Virus record (IMG/VR): IMGVR_UViG_3300025141_000001
From: an uncultured virus (IMG/VR IMGVR_UViG_3300025141_000001)
Taxonomy: Duplodnaviria; Heunggongvirae; Uroviricota; Caudoviricetes
Direction: 5' to 3' (one strand)
Length of the DNA: 64,000 bases
Shown: positions 34,252 through 44,782 of the stretch, one piece after another
Layout of the letters: each line of letters opens with the position of its first letter
Numbering within the stretch: the first letter of the stretch is position 1
Made by a program: the position numbers and the translations under genes
Notes under the pieces: generated by a model
The model's database searches: none
What the model saw: the letters and a program-made list of their open reading frames with translations, nothing else
What the model was told of the DNA's origin: nothing

Positions 34252-37113
34252 ATGGCTAATGGCGGAATTATCGGACCTAACAACCCAGTCGGTAAAATAA
34301 TCACACCCAAAGTTTCAGTCTTCTCGACATCGGGAACACTTACGACAGACGCATGTACAGCAAATGTTGATGTTGTTGTAGTTGCTGGTGGTGGCGGAGG
34401 TGGAGCTGGCGGTGTTGGTGGTGGTGGCGGAGCTGGTGGAGTTAGAGCCTTAACCTGTCAATCGGTCTCTGCTTCAACTGACTACGCAATTGTAGTTGGT
34501 GCAGGGGGAACAGGTGGTCCTTATCCTTCTGGCCCTTCGACAAAAGGTGGTGATTCAAGTATAGCTTTATCAAGTACAATCGAAGCCGAAGGTGGTGGCC
34601 TTGGTGGATGTCAATCTGGAGCTGGTGGTCCAGGAGGATCAGGGGGCGGAAACGCTGGTAATGGTGCTCCCGGAACTGGAGGATCAGGAAATACTCCTCC
34701 TACAAGTCCTGCGCAAGGTTTTGATGGCGGAGGAAATTGTGGATCCAGTGGTCCCACACGAGCAGCTGGTGGTGGAGGTTGGACAGCGGTAGGTGGATGT
34801 TCTTCACCAAGTTTAACGGGTGTTGGCGGAGCTGGTGGTCCAATTACTTCAACAATAGATATTACAAGTTATGGTGGTGCCGATGGAACTTTCGACGGAA
34901 ACGTTGGAGGTGGTGGCGGCGGAGGAGTTCAAAACCCTGGCGGTGGACCTCCTTTTTCAATTCCAGGCGGAGCTGGTGGTTCAGGTGGTGGTGGAACAGG
35001 TGGTGTGGGTGGCGCACCTTATTCTTCTCCTAATCCTCCTTCAGAACCCCCAACTGCACCTATTGGTGTAGGCGGAGGCGGTCGCGGTGGTGGAGGCGGC
35101 GGAGGTGGTTATGGCCCTGGTAATCAATGGGGTGCTAATGGTGGTTCAGGCATGGTGGTCGTTAAAGAAAAAGCGGCTGGCACAGTATGTAAAGTTTCAG
35201 GCATGTGGAGTATGGAAGATCAATATGATGCAGCCTTACAAAATAAATGGTCATTTCCTACAACTCGAGGATTCCCAGTTAACGTATTAGTTATCGGTGG
35301 AGGCGGCGGAGGATTTGCTTCGGGTGCAGGTGCGGGTGGCTATCAATATAATACAGATTTAAAATTAACGGCTTGTACTACTTATTCAGCAGTAATCGGA
35401 AGTGGAGGAGTAGGAGGAATATTTGCTCCTTCTGGAGATATTCTGAGTACCGATGGCGGTACATCAAGTTTTAGTGGTGTAGGTATTCATACAATATGTA
35501 GTAGTGGAGGAGCGCAAGGAATTACAAATGGCTCTCCAGGATGCACAGGAAAAGATGGAGCTTCTGGAAGCGGAGGTCATATGGGACCTGCTCCAGGTCC
35601 AGTTTTTGCTGGGTGTGGAAATAACCCGGCCAAATTGATGTCTCAAGGAAATCCAGGGGGACGAGGAACCCCAGCCGATAATGCTGGTTTTGGTGGTGGC
35701 GGAGGTGCCGGTGCGGCAGCTCCTGATCTTCCCGATCAAGGTCCAGGAGTTACAGGTCCAGGTGGAGATGGCGGTGCAGGTTCTAGCGCATGGCCAGGAG
35801 ATGCAACATTAAGAGCAGGCGGTGGCGGAGGTCGAGGAGGATATCCAGATCCCGTAGCGCGTTGCTCACCAAGTTTTCCAACTTACGGAGGGGCTGGAGG
35901 CCCCGGGGGTGGTGGTGCAGGAGTTTCAGGATCCGATCCTTCTCCTCAACCAGTACCTTTATCTAAAACAGTAGGATTCCCAGGAACAGCTAACACTGGT
36001 GGCGGTGGTGGTGGAGGCGGAGGTAATCCCAATCCATGTAATTGTTCTAAAAAAGGTGGAGCTGGAGGTTCAGGTGTTGTTATTATTCAATATCCTGGTG
36101 CTCAAGCAGCTTCTGGAGGAACAGTTTCTTCTGTCCCAGGTTGCAAAACTCAACATTTATTTAATAGTACGGGTGGTTTTTTAACAGCTAATCCAGGGGG
36201 TACAGCTGTAACTTTAGATTATTTACTCGTCGGTGGTGGAGGTGGTGGCGGAAGCTCCTATGGTGGTGGAGGTGGTGCCGGTGGTTATATTACTTCTTAT
36301 TCTACTCCTCCTGTATCAGCAACAACTTTATGGGAAGGATCATCTTATAACGTCACAGTAGGAAGTGGTGGTGATGGAGGGGATGCAAAACCTGGTCCTG
36401 CCCCTTCAAGACTAGGAAATGATGGATCTGCTTCTACAATTGGAATTTTAACTGCTCTAGGTGGTGGTGCAGGGGGTGCGGAAATGCCCTCCCCAGAGTG
36501 GTCACCACTAAATCGCGCTCAAGCCGGAGGTTCTGGTGGTGGCGCATCTTATAGTCCTTGTGCAGACAGACGTATTGCAGGACAAGCTCATGGCTCGCCG
36601 GGAGTAACAGGATCGGCCGGAACACAAGGTTATCCTGGAGGAGATGGACATCCAGCAGGATCTCCTTATGCATCTGCAGGTGGTGGAGGCGCTGGAGCAG
36701 TAGGTCTAGGTTATCCCTCTACGAGTGGACTCGATGGTGGAGCAGGATTAACAAGTTGTATTACAGGATCCCCTGTTCAAAGAGGTGGTGGTGGCGGAGC
36801 TGGAGGAAATGAAAATGGTTCTACTGCTGGTGCAGGCGGAGCCGGAGGTGGCGGCGGAGGAGGTCCTTCTGCTCCTACTTCAGGTGGAACCGCAGGAACC
36901 GTTAATACAGGTGGTGGCGGTGGTGGAGGCTACGGAGATGGACCTGGAGCTGGCAGTTGTGGTGGTGCTGGAGGTTCTGGGATTGTTATATTAAGATTAC
37001 CAACAGCATGTAAACCATCGGCTTTTGCAGTAGCCCCAGGTACTAATACAGTAAGTACAACAGGATCTTGCACTGTGGCTACTTTTACGGTATCAGGGAC
37101 CTTGACTTTATAG
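34252..37113 (+). CDS. glycine-rich tail fibre / receptor-binding protein (three Gly-rich domains)
   Basis: Repeated VVAGGGGGG...GGGGAGG...NTGGGGGG...GGSGVV units; Pro- and Cys-rich inserts. Confidence 0.75.
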   Translation: MANGGIIGPNNPVGKIITPKVSVFSTSGTLTTDACTANVDVVVVAGGGGGGAGGVGGGGGAGGVRALTCQSVSASTDYAIVVGAGGTGGPYPSGPSTKGGDSSIALSSTIEAEGGGLGGCQSGAGGPGGSGGGNAGNGAPGTGGSGNTPPTSPAQGFDGGGNCGSSGPTRAAGGGGWTAVGGCSSPSLTGVGGAGGPITSTIDITSYGGADGTFDGNVGGGGGGGVQNPGGGPPFSIPGGAGGSGGGGTGGVGGAPYSSPNPPSEPPTAPIGVGGGGRGGGGGGGGYGPGNQWGANGGSGMVVVKEKAAGTVCKVSGMWSMEDQYDAALQNKWSFPTTRGFPVNVLVIGGGGGGFASGAGAGGYQYNTDLKLTACTTYSAVIGSGGVGGIFAPSGDILSTDGGTSSFSGVGIHTICSSGGAQGITNGSPGCTGKDGASGSGGHMGPAPGPVFAGCGNNPAKLMSQGNPGGRGTPADNAGFGGGGGAGAAAPDLPDQGPGVTGPGGDGGAGSSAWPGDATLRAGGGGGRGGYPDPVARCSPSFPTYGGAGGPGGGGAGVSGSDPSPQPVPLSKTVGFPGTANTGGGGGGGGGNPNPCNCSKKGGAGGSGVVIIQYPGAQAASGGTVSSVPGCKTQHLFNSTGGFLTANPGGTAVTLDYLLVGGGGGGGSSYGGGGGAGGYITSYSTPPVSATTLWEGSSYNVTVGSGGDGGDAKPGPAPSRLGNDGSASTIGILTALGGGAGGAEMPSPEWSPLNRAQAGGSGGGASYSPCADRRIAGQAHGSPGVTGSAGTQGYPGGDGHPAGSPYASAGGGGAGAVGLGYPSTSGLDGGAGLTSCITGSPVQRGGGGGAGGNENGSTAGAGGAGGGGGGGPSAPTSGGTAGTVNTGGGGGGGYGDGPGAGSCGGAGGSGIVILRLPTACKPSAFAVAPGTNTVSTTGSCTVATFTVSGTLTL

Positions 37114-37163
37114 TTTACAAATGTATAAATTTTTAATATAAACAGAATAGGAGATTAAAAAAA

Positions 37164-37622
37164 ATGGCACATTTTGCAGAATTAGAATCAAAAGTAGATC
37201 CAACAGGACATACTGCTGATACACATTTAATTGTAAAAAGAGTTGTTGTAGTAGACAATGCTCACGTTGAAAGTGATGAACACGCAAGTGGAGAAAACTG
37301 GTGTTCTACATTTTTTGGTGGTGGAAATTGGAAACAAACTTCTTATAATCATAATTTTAGAAAAAAATACGCTGGTATAGGAGATGTATACGACAGCGCT
37401 AAAAACAAATTTTTAAGTCCTCAACCCTATGCTTCATGGTCATTGGATGGAAATGATGATTGGGAAGCTCCAGTAGCACATCCAAGAAATGCTTCTGCAG
37501 AACATGATCAAAATTATCACATTAGTTGGGATGAAGCTAATCAAAGATGGACTGGGGTAAAATCATCCGACGAAACTAATTGGAACTGGGACGCATCAGG
37601 CTTGACTTGGGTGTCCGCATAA
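37164..37622 (+). CDS. fibre-associated protein / chaperone
   Basis: MAHFAEL...WKQTSYN..FRK.YAG.G..YD...PQPY.SW; lies between the two Gly-rich genes. Confidence 0.6.
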   Translation: MAHFAELESKVDPTGHTADTHLIVKRVVVVDNAHVESDEHASGENWCSTFFGGGNWKQTSYNHNFRKKYAGIGDVYDSAKNKFLSPQPYASWSLDGNDDWEAPVAHPRNASAEHDQNYHISWDEANQRWTGVKSSDETNWNWDASGLTWVSA

Positions 37623-37632
37623 GGAGACTCAA

Positions 37633-39510
37633 ATGGCCAAATCAGGTCGTTCACAAGGTGGTGTTATCGGAAAAGTCAATAAGACTTCTTTCGGAAAAAA
37701 TAAAGTTACTTCAACTCTAGCCACAGGAACATTCACAACACAACCGGGAACTACTAGACTAAAAATGGTTTTAGTTGCTGGTGGCGGTGGTGGAGGAAAA
37801 GATTCTGCTGGTGGTGGAGGTGGCGGAGGAATGCTTGAGTCCGATAACTGGACTTCTCATATTGATGTATGTGCTGCTACGGGTTATCCAATCACGATAG
37901 GTGGTGGTGGCGCTGGACGATGCAGTCCAACTTCTTGCAATGGTGTTAAAGGAAATGATAGTGTAGCTTTTTGTGCAACCGCAACGGGTGGTGGCTTAGG
38001 GGGAAGAAATCCTGGAGTCGGTGGTCCTGGTGGATCAGGCGGCGGTGGAGATTTTAATGATGCAGGAGGACCCGGTAATGATCCTCCAGCTTGTTCAGCT
38101 TATGGAGCCCCACAAGGAAATGATGGAGGAGCCGGCGGTACTCAACCTGAATCAGGAGGAGGCGGTGGTGGTGCTGGTGGTGCGGGTAGTGCAGGATCTT
38201 CTGGTCCTCCCACAACAGGTGGTGCTGGTGGTAATGGTTTAGCAACATGTATTTCAGGCAGTCCAGTCCTTTATGCGGGTGGAGGTGGTGGTGCCGGAGG
38301 TGGAGATCCAGGCGGAGCCGGAGGCCCTGGTGGTGGCGGACGAGGCGGTCAAAATTCTGGTCCTACAGGAAATCAAGCCCTACCGGGAACTGATAATACA
38401 GGTGGTGGTGGCGGAGGTGCCCCTCAAACGTCGGGCGCTTGCTATGCAGCCGGTAATGGTGGCCCAGGAATTTTAGTTACAAAAGAATTAAATTACGCAT
38501 CAGGCATATGGCCTCAACAAGCACAATATTCAAAAAGAGTTCAAGGATCATGGCCAAAGCCGGAAACTACAGCCAACATGTCTTGGTTATTAGTAGGTGG
38601 AGGCGGAGGTTCAGGCTCCTCTCAAAATGGTACTTGTGGTCACCAAGGAGGTGGAGGTGGAGCTGGTGGTTACATTAATACGTATTGTAATCCAACTGCT
38701 TCTCCTGCTCTTATTCCATTAAGCAATTGGTCTACACCTTATACTTTTACAGTAACGGTAGGAGCTGGTGGGGCCGGTGGCCCTACTTCACCTGCTCCTG
38801 CTCCTGCTCCTAGAGGAGTAACTGGAACCGATTCATCTATTGCAGGTCCAACTATTTCAACGGTTACTGCAGCTGGAGGCGGCGGTGGCGCAGGTGTTGG
38901 TCCGGCCGCGCGTGTTGGAGGAAATGGTGGTTCAGGCGGAGGAGGAAGTTCAAATGGTTCTCAACCAGGTGGATGTGGAAACACACCCCCTATTGGAGCA
39001 CCTGCTGGAGGTCCTCAAGGAAATAATGGAGGTCAAGGTTTAGACGGTCCAGGTCCTGTTTTTGCTTCAGGTGGTGGTGGAGGTGCGGGTGCCGTTGGTA
39101 CCACTGCAACTCCAGGTCAAGGGGGCGCAGGTGGTGTAGGTTTAGAAAATTCAATAACAGGCTCTCCTGTGTTTTACGCAGGCGGAGGCGGTGGTGGAAC
39201 TGGGGCCAGTGGTAATCCGGGTGGCGTCGGTGGAAATGGTGGTGGTGGAAATTCAGGTACTACTCCAAATTCTCCTCTAGGTGGCATTTGTGGCGTTGAT
39301 GGAACGGTTAATACCGGCGGTGGGGCTGGTGGAGGCGGTGGTGATCCACGAGCAGGAAAAGCAGGTGGTTCTGGAATTGTTATATTTAGAACTCCAAGTT
39401 CATTCCCTATGGCAGTCAGTCCAGGAAGTAATACAGTGACAACAACTCCTGGCGGATGTTATGTCGCTAAATTTACAGTGTCGGGATCTAATACATTAAC
39501 CATTTCATAA
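37633..39510 (+). CDS. glycine-rich tail fibre protein (two Gly-rich domains)
   Basis: Same repeat architecture as 34252..37113; PAPAPAP tract. Confidence 0.75.
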   Translation: MAKSGRSQGGVIGKVNKTSFGKNKVTSTLATGTFTTQPGTTRLKMVLVAGGGGGGKDSAGGGGGGGMLESDNWTSHIDVCAATGYPITIGGGGAGRCSPTSCNGVKGNDSVAFCATATGGGLGGRNPGVGGPGGSGGGGDFNDAGGPGNDPPACSAYGAPQGNDGGAGGTQPESGGGGGGAGGAGSAGSSGPPTTGGAGGNGLATCISGSPVLYAGGGGGAGGGDPGGAGGPGGGGRGGQNSGPTGNQALPGTDNTGGGGGGAPQTSGACYAAGNGGPGILVTKELNYASGIWPQQAQYSKRVQGSWPKPETTANMSWLLVGGGGGSGSSQNGTCGHQGGGGGAGGYINTYCNPTASPALIPLSNWSTPYTFTVTVGAGGAGGPTSPAPAPAPRGVTGTDSSIAGPTISTVTAAGGGGGAGVGPAARVGGNGGSGGGGSSNGSQPGGCGNTPPIGAPAGGPQGNNGGQGLDGPGPVFASGGGGGAGAVGTTATPGQGGAGGVGLENSITGSPVFYAGGGGGGTGASGNPGGVGGNGGGGNSGTTPNSPLGGICGVDGTVNTGGGAGGGGGDPRAGKAGGSGIVIFRTPSSFPMAVSPGSNTVTTTPGGCYVAKFTVSGSNTLTIS

Positions 39511-39564
39511 TTGATATAGATCAAATTGACTTAAATGGTCAATATGGTATAAAGAAAGAGAAAG

Positions 39565-40191
39565 ATGAACTTAGCAAATTATTATTGGTATTATCCAAAA
39601 GCAGTCCCCGATCATATCTGTGATAAGATTGTTAAATATGGATTACAGATTAAAGAACAAATGGCTGTGACCGGTGGATATGGTGATCCTAAAAAAATGA
39701 GTCCGAAAGCAATTAAAGATCTAAAAAAGAAAAGAGATTCTAATATAGTTTGGATATCAGAAAACTGGGTATATAAAGAACTACATCCTTTTATTCGTCA
39801 AGCTAATGTTAACGCAGGCTGGAACTTTACCTGGGATTGGTCAGAGTCATGTCAATTTACTAAATATGATAAAGGTCAATACTATGATTGGCATTGTGAT
39901 AGTTGGGAAATACCCTACAATCAACCTAATACCCCAAGTCATGGGAAAATAAGAAAATTGTCCGTTACCCTTTCTTTATCTGATGAAAAAGATTATAAAG
40001 GAGGAGAACTGGAATTTGATTTAAGAAATAAGGATCCAGATAAAAAAAGAAATACTATGATATGTAAAGAAATTAGACCTAAAGGATCTCTGGTAGTTTT
40101 TCCTTCTTTCGTATGGCATAGAGTATGTCCTGTGAAAAAAGGATCAAGATATAGTTTAGTGATATGGAATTTGGGAACGCCTTTTAAATGA
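39565..40191 (+). CDS. 2OG-Fe(II) oxygenase, prolyl 4-hydroxylase-like
   Basis: YYDWHCD, RKLS, DYKGGEL, FPSFVWHRV.PV.KG.RYSLV.W. Confidence 0.85.
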   Translation: MNLANYYWYYPKAVPDHICDKIVKYGLQIKEQMAVTGGYGDPKKMSPKAIKDLKKKRDSNIVWISENWVYKELHPFIRQANVNAGWNFTWDWSESCQFTKYDKGQYYDWHCDSWEIPYNQPNTPSHGKIRKLSVTLSLSDEKDYKGGELEFDLRNKDPDKKRNTMICKEIRPKGSLVVFPSFVWHRVCPVKKGSRYSLVIWNLGTPFK

Positions 40192-40952
40192 AAAAGAAAA
40201 CTAAAAAATCATTAAAACAACTTTGTAAAGAATCAGAAGGAGGTAAACCTGAACCTCTTACTACAGAACACTATTTTTCTTCTCCTGTTTATTGGACCGA
40301 TAAACCTGAATGGATTAAACCATTGAATATAGCTTCTGACGCTTACATCAAACAAGCTCGTTTAAATAATCTAGATGACATTAAAAAAAGAAATAAAAAA
40401 TATGGTAACAAGGGAGAACACCCCTGGGTGCATCATTCAACTACGTTGATTAATGATCCTCAATTTAAAGTACTACAAGATTATATTGGAGCAACGGCAT
40501 GGAATCTACTGGATGGACAAGGATTTGACTTATCTAATCATACTATTTACATTACAGAACTCTGGGTTCAAGAATTTTCTAAAGATGGAGGAGGACATCA
40601 TACCCTTCATACACACTGGAATGGGCATATCTCTGGGTTTTATTTTTTAAAAGCCGGCCCCCAAACTTCAAGACCTGTCTTTGAAGATCCTCGACCAGGC
40701 CAAATGATGAATTTATTACCTCAAAAAGATCCTGCTCAAATAACGTCAGCGTCTTATCAAGTTAATTACAATGTTAAACCAGGGCGTTTAATCTTTTTTA
40801 ATTCTTATTTACCTCATATGTATAGTGTAGATAATGGATACGAACCTTTTCGTTTTATTCATTTTAATATACAAGCAATTCCTAATGGGGTCTTAGGACA
40901 ACCTCATCAACCAACATGGTTAGAGAGACAAAAAAATGACAAGAAAAAATAA
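40188..40952 (+). CDS. putative 2OG-Fe(II) oxygenase (TIGR02466-like)
   Basis: WVQ...HTLHTH...ISGFYFL...F.DPRP...FNSYLPH...FIHFN. Confidence 0.75.
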   Translation: MKKKTKKSLKQLCKESEGGKPEPLTTEHYFSSPVYWTDKPEWIKPLNIASDAYIKQARLNNLDDIKKRNKKYGNKGEHPWVHHSTTLINDPQFKVLQDYIGATAWNLLDGQGFDLSNHTIYITELWVQEFSKDGGGHHTLHTHWNGHISGFYFLKAGPQTSRPVFEDPRPGQMMNLLPQKDPAQITSASYQVNYNVKPGRLIFFNSYLPHMYSVDNGYEPFRFIHFNIQAIPNGVLGQPHQPTWLERQKNDKKK

Positions 40953-41106
40953 AATAATACACATGCCTCAGGCTACACAGAATGCTTATGTTAAAACTAT
41001 TTTAGGACAACATCCTAAAAAACTTCCCGATGATTTCGTGGAAACATTAATCGAAGAGAAAAGAAAACAATTAATAAAGGAGAAACATGTCGTTCAAAAA
41101 AAATAA
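40936..41106 (+). CDS. hypothetical protein (56 aa)
   Basis: Manual translation filling the gap; overlaps both neighbours. Confidence 0.4.
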   Translation: MTRKNKIIHMPQATQNAYVKTILGQHPKKLPDDFVETLIEEKRKQLIKEKHVVQKK

Positions 41107-41728
41107 ATATAAAGTTTTAAAACAAGCCGTCTCTAAAGAACTCGCACAGTTTGTGTATACCTACTTTTTAAATAAAAGAAGAGTGGCCAGATTCTTTTTT
41201 GATATTAAATGGATTAATCCTTTTGCAGAAGAATGGGGAACCTGGAGTGATGAACAGATTCCTAATACTTATTCCCATTATTCTGATCTCGCGATGGATA
41301 CTTTACTTCAAGGACTTCATACAAAAATGGAGAAAGAAACTGGATTTAAGTTACAACCCGCTTATTCCTATGCCAGAATTTATAAAACAGGAGACATCTT
41401 ACACAGACATAAGGATCGTTACTCTTGTGAAGTCTCTACGACTTTAAATCTAGGAGGAGATCCCTGGCCTATTTATTTAGAACCCTCTGGTAAAACGGGG
41501 ATGGCAGGAATAAAAGTAAACTTAGATCAAGGAGATATGCTCATTTACATGGGCTGTGAATTAGAACATTGGAGAGATCCTTTTCCTGGTAAAGATTGTG
41601 GTCAAGTTTTTTTACATTATAATGATAAAACGAAGAAAACGGCTAAAGACAATCTGTATGATAAACGACCTTTTTTAGGTCTTCCTGCTTGGTTTAAAGG
41701 TTTTAAGTTGCCAAATAAGAAAAAATAA
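41087..41728 (+). CDS. putative 2OG-Fe(II) oxygenase
   Basis: YSYARIY..G..L.RHKDR.SCE.S.T...GD.LIY.GC.LEHWR...QVFLHY. Confidence 0.7.
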   Translation: MSFKKNKYKVLKQAVSKELAQFVYTYFLNKRRVARFFFDIKWINPFAEEWGTWSDEQIPNTYSHYSDLAMDTLLQGLHTKMEKETGFKLQPAYSYARIYKTGDILHRHKDRYSCEVSTTLNLGGDPWPIYLEPSGKTGMAGIKVNLDQGDMLIYMGCELEHWRDPFPGKDCGQVFLHYNDKTKKTAKDNLYDKRPFLGLPAWFKGFKLPNKKK

Positions 41729-41845
41729 TATATAAAGAAGCTCGGCGTGGGGGATTCTTTCCACCACAAAGGTCTTCTACGCCTCTTCATAAGCAGTTGA
41801 AATCCCTCTCGATCTAGTATAATTTAACCATAAACGGATTTTTCT

Positions 41846-44002
41846 ATGCTACATAAGATCAGATTAGTACCAGGATTAGATAAACAGTCCTCCGATACAG
41901 GGGCCGAAGGTAAATGGGTTAATGCAGATTACACTCGTTTTCGTTATGGCTTTCCCGAAAAGGTAGGAGGATGGGAACAACTTGTTAATTCTAATCTTAT
42001 AGGCGCGGGCCGTGATCAACACACATGGGTTGATTTAGCGGGTAATAAATACGCTGCCATTGGTACCAATAAATGTCTCTATATATATTTTGAAGGAGCG
42101 GTCTATGACATCACTCCTCTTGATACCTCTAGGGAACAAGCTTCAGCAACCTTTACTTTTGATGGTACAACCACAGTTACTATAACAACCTCCACGGCCC
42201 ACGGAGCAGAGGTCGGGGATATCATCTTATTAGATGCAGTGAGTCTGCCTGGAGGTACAGGATTAAGTAATAGTGATTTTGAAGATAAACTCTTTGAAGT
42301 TCAAAGCGTTCCTTCTGCAACTACCTTTACTATTACGAGTAGTTCTTCAGGTTCCGCAGCCAGCGGAGGAAGTACTACGGTTAAATTTTATTATGTGATT
42401 GGCCCTGTTAAACAAACGTATGGCTATGGTTGGGGAACTAATACCTGGGGTGGTCAAAATAATCCAACAACCAACAGTACATTAACTGGGCCTTTATTAA
42501 ACGACAGCGCAGGAACCGGAGGAACAGGAACCAGTATTACTCTAGCGAGTACAGCAGGTTTTAGTAGCTCTGGAACTATATTGGTGGATAGTGAACTTAT
42601 TACTTATACCGGAGTATCCGGTAGTGATCTCACTGGAATCACTCGAGGCACTAATGGAACATCGACCGCGGCCCATAGTAATGGAGCAACGGTTTATGAT
42701 GCAACCAACTGGGTGGGTTGGGGCAGTGCCAGTACGTCTTCTAATATTGTAATTGAACCGGGTCAATGGCGATTAATTAATTATGGTGAAAATTTAATTG
42801 CTCTTATCCATAATAAAAGAATCTTTCAATGGGAGCCTTCTATTCCTAATCTACAAGTTCGAGCCGTAGCCGTAACAGGAACAGAAGTTCCAACGGCTTC
42901 TAGAGATTTGGTGTTATCTACACCTGATCGTCACTTAGTATGTATAGGAACTGAAACCACTTTACAGAGTTCTACCACTCAAGATGATATGTTTGTGAGA
43001 TGGTCGGATCAAAACTCAACTACTACATGGACTCCTACTAAAAATAATACAGCCGGCAGTCAGCGACTGACCGATGGCTCTAAACTAATGGGAGGGATTG
43101 TCGGAAAGACAGCGGTTTATTTATGGACGGATACTGCCATGTACACCATGAAATTTATTGGACCTCCTTTAACTTTTGGTTTTACTCAAGTCGGAACTAA
43201 CTGTGGTATGTCTAGTCAACACGCAGCAGCCGAGGTAGATGGTATCGCCTATTGGATGGGTCCTACTGGATTTTATAGATACAATGGAGGCCGAGTAGAA
43301 TTAATGCCATGTCTGGTTGAAGATTATGTCTTTGAAGATATTAATACTAATGCTAATCAACAAATTCATGTGGCCGTGAATGCTCTCTTCGGAGAAATCA
43401 CTTGGTTTTATCCAAGTTCAGGATCCGATTATGTAGATCGATCGGTAACTTTTAACTATATGGAATCTAATCCTGAAAACCAAATTTGGACAACTTCTTC
43501 TTTAGCTCGTTCAACATGGACTATTGAAGGAGTCTTTAGTAAACCTTATGCTACTGAATTTAAATCCGGGGTAACCCCTACTTATCCAACCGTTCTTGGA
43601 GTTTCTAATGGGGCAAGTTACTACTGGAAACAAGAAACAGGAACCAATGAAGTATTTTATGATGGAACTAAAAATGCCATCGCGGCTTATGTAGAATCTG
43701 GAGATTATGATATTAGCCGCCAAGAAGGATTACAGGGTCAAGGAGAATTTATGATGAGAGTTTCTAGAATTATTCCAGACTTTGGAGCTCAAACCGGAGA
43801 TGCCAAAGTGTATTTAAACTCTAAGGCCTTTCCAAGTAGCGCTGCGGTCTCTACTTCTTATGTAGTAACCACATCCACTACTCAAGTCTTTACTAGAAAA
43901 CGAGCAAGACAAATTGCTCTTAAGGTAGGTAATGTAGGTACCGATGAGAGTTGGAGAATGGGAACGTTTAGATTGGATATTCACGCAGGAGGAAGAAGAT
44001 AA
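41846..44002 (+). CDS. tail nozzle / packaged-DNA stabilization protein
   Basis: 718 aa, beta-propeller-like; RFR.GFPEKVGGW, RWSDQ, NTAGS.RL, ends GRR. Confidence 0.7.
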   Translation: MLHKIRLVPGLDKQSSDTGAEGKWVNADYTRFRYGFPEKVGGWEQLVNSNLIGAGRDQHTWVDLAGNKYAAIGTNKCLYIYFEGAVYDITPLDTSREQASATFTFDGTTTVTITTSTAHGAEVGDIILLDAVSLPGGTGLSNSDFEDKLFEVQSVPSATTFTITSSSSGSAASGGSTTVKFYYVIGPVKQTYGYGWGTNTWGGQNNPTTNSTLTGPLLNDSAGTGGTGTSITLASTAGFSSSGTILVDSELITYTGVSGSDLTGITRGTNGTSTAAHSNGATVYDATNWVGWGSASTSSNIVIEPGQWRLINYGENLIALIHNKRIFQWEPSIPNLQVRAVAVTGTEVPTASRDLVLSTPDRHLVCIGTETTLQSSTTQDDMFVRWSDQNSTTTWTPTKNNTAGSQRLTDGSKLMGGIVGKTAVYLWTDTAMYTMKFIGPPLTFGFTQVGTNCGMSSQHAAAEVDGIAYWMGPTGFYRYNGGRVELMPCLVEDYVFEDINTNANQQIHVAVNALFGEITWFYPSSGSDYVDRSVTFNYMESNPENQIWTTSSLARSTWTIEGVFSKPYATEFKSGVTPTYPTVLGVSNGASYYWKQETGTNEVFYDGTKNAIAAYVESGDYDISRQEGLQGQGEFMMRVSRIIPDFGAQTGDAKVYLNSKAFPSSAAVSTSYVVTTSTTQVFTRKRARQIALKVGNVGTDESWRMGTFRLDIHAGGRR

Positions 44003-44169
44003 TGGCAAAGATAGCAGAAGTTATAGCCGATATATTAGGACCCGATTTTAATAGAGAAAATGTTCAAAATTTAGCGGACAATGTAGGGTCAGTAGTTCAA
44101 AAATTAAATACTACTTATCAGCAACAGCTTATTGATGAGTATGAAGCCTTTACTTTGTTTACAAGTTAA
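44002..44169 (+). CDS. hypothetical protein (55 aa)
   Basis: TAATG-coupled; manual translation MAKIAEVIADILGP... Confidence 0.55.
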   Translation: MAKIAEVIADILGPDFNRENVQNLADNVGSVVQKLNTTYQQQLIDEYEAFTLFTS

Positions 44170-44192
44170 GGTAAAATAGAGGAAAAGAAGAA

Positions 44193-44537
44193 ATGGCTAA
44201 CGTATATAAAAATAATATTAATGTTGTTGCTACAACAAACATTCAAACCCTTTACACATGCCCCGCAGAAACGGTGGCATTAGTAAAATCTATCGCTGCT
44301 TATAATGCCCATGCATCAGCGACGGCGGATTGGACTTTAACTTTATATGATTCAAGTGCTACCGCTAATGTAGTCTATGCTAAAGCAGCTAGTACAGCGG
44401 CGGCCGGAAAAATAGAATTTTTAGAAGGGGATTCCAGTACAGTCATTGTACTTGAAGAAAGTGATGCTATTAAATTTACCACAACAGTAACCAGTGCTAA
44501 TGTATCCATTAGCGTCTTACAACAGGATAGAACATAA
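44193..44537 (+). CDS. virion structural protein
   Basis: MANVYKN...LYTCP.ET.A.VKSI. Confidence 0.6.
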   Translation: MANVYKNNINVVATTNIQTLYTCPAETVALVKSIAAYNAHASATADWTLTLYDSSATANVVYAKAASTAAAGKIEFLEGDSSTVIVLEESDAIKFTTTVTSANVSISVLQQDRT

Positions 44538-44782
44538 TGCCTTTTAAAGAAGATGGAAAATTTGTAGGTTACAAAGAAATTAATGGAAAGAAAGTTCCTC
44601 ATTATTTAGCCGAAACTGAAGTAACGTTAGTTAATAAAGTAACAGGAAAAGAATATATGTCCGATAAAGAAGCAGATGATGATATAAAAAATCCTAATAC
44701 AGATACCGTGAAAGATCATATACGAAGACATGTGAAAGTAACTGTGCCTAAATTAGTGATGGGAAGTGGTACATCAAAATAA
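44537..44782 (+). CDS. hypothetical protein
   Basis: Coupled ORF. Confidence 0.6.
   Translation: MPFKEDGKFVGYKEINGKKVPHYLAETEVTLVNKVTGKEYMSDKEADDDIKNPNTDTVKDHIRRHVKVTVPKLVMGSGTSK

Noticed and set aside
34592..39043. Many alternative-frame ORFs (Val/Glu- or Trp/Arg-rich) inside the fibre genes
   Set aside because: Shadows of GGN codon runs; no independent RBS or plausible protein features.
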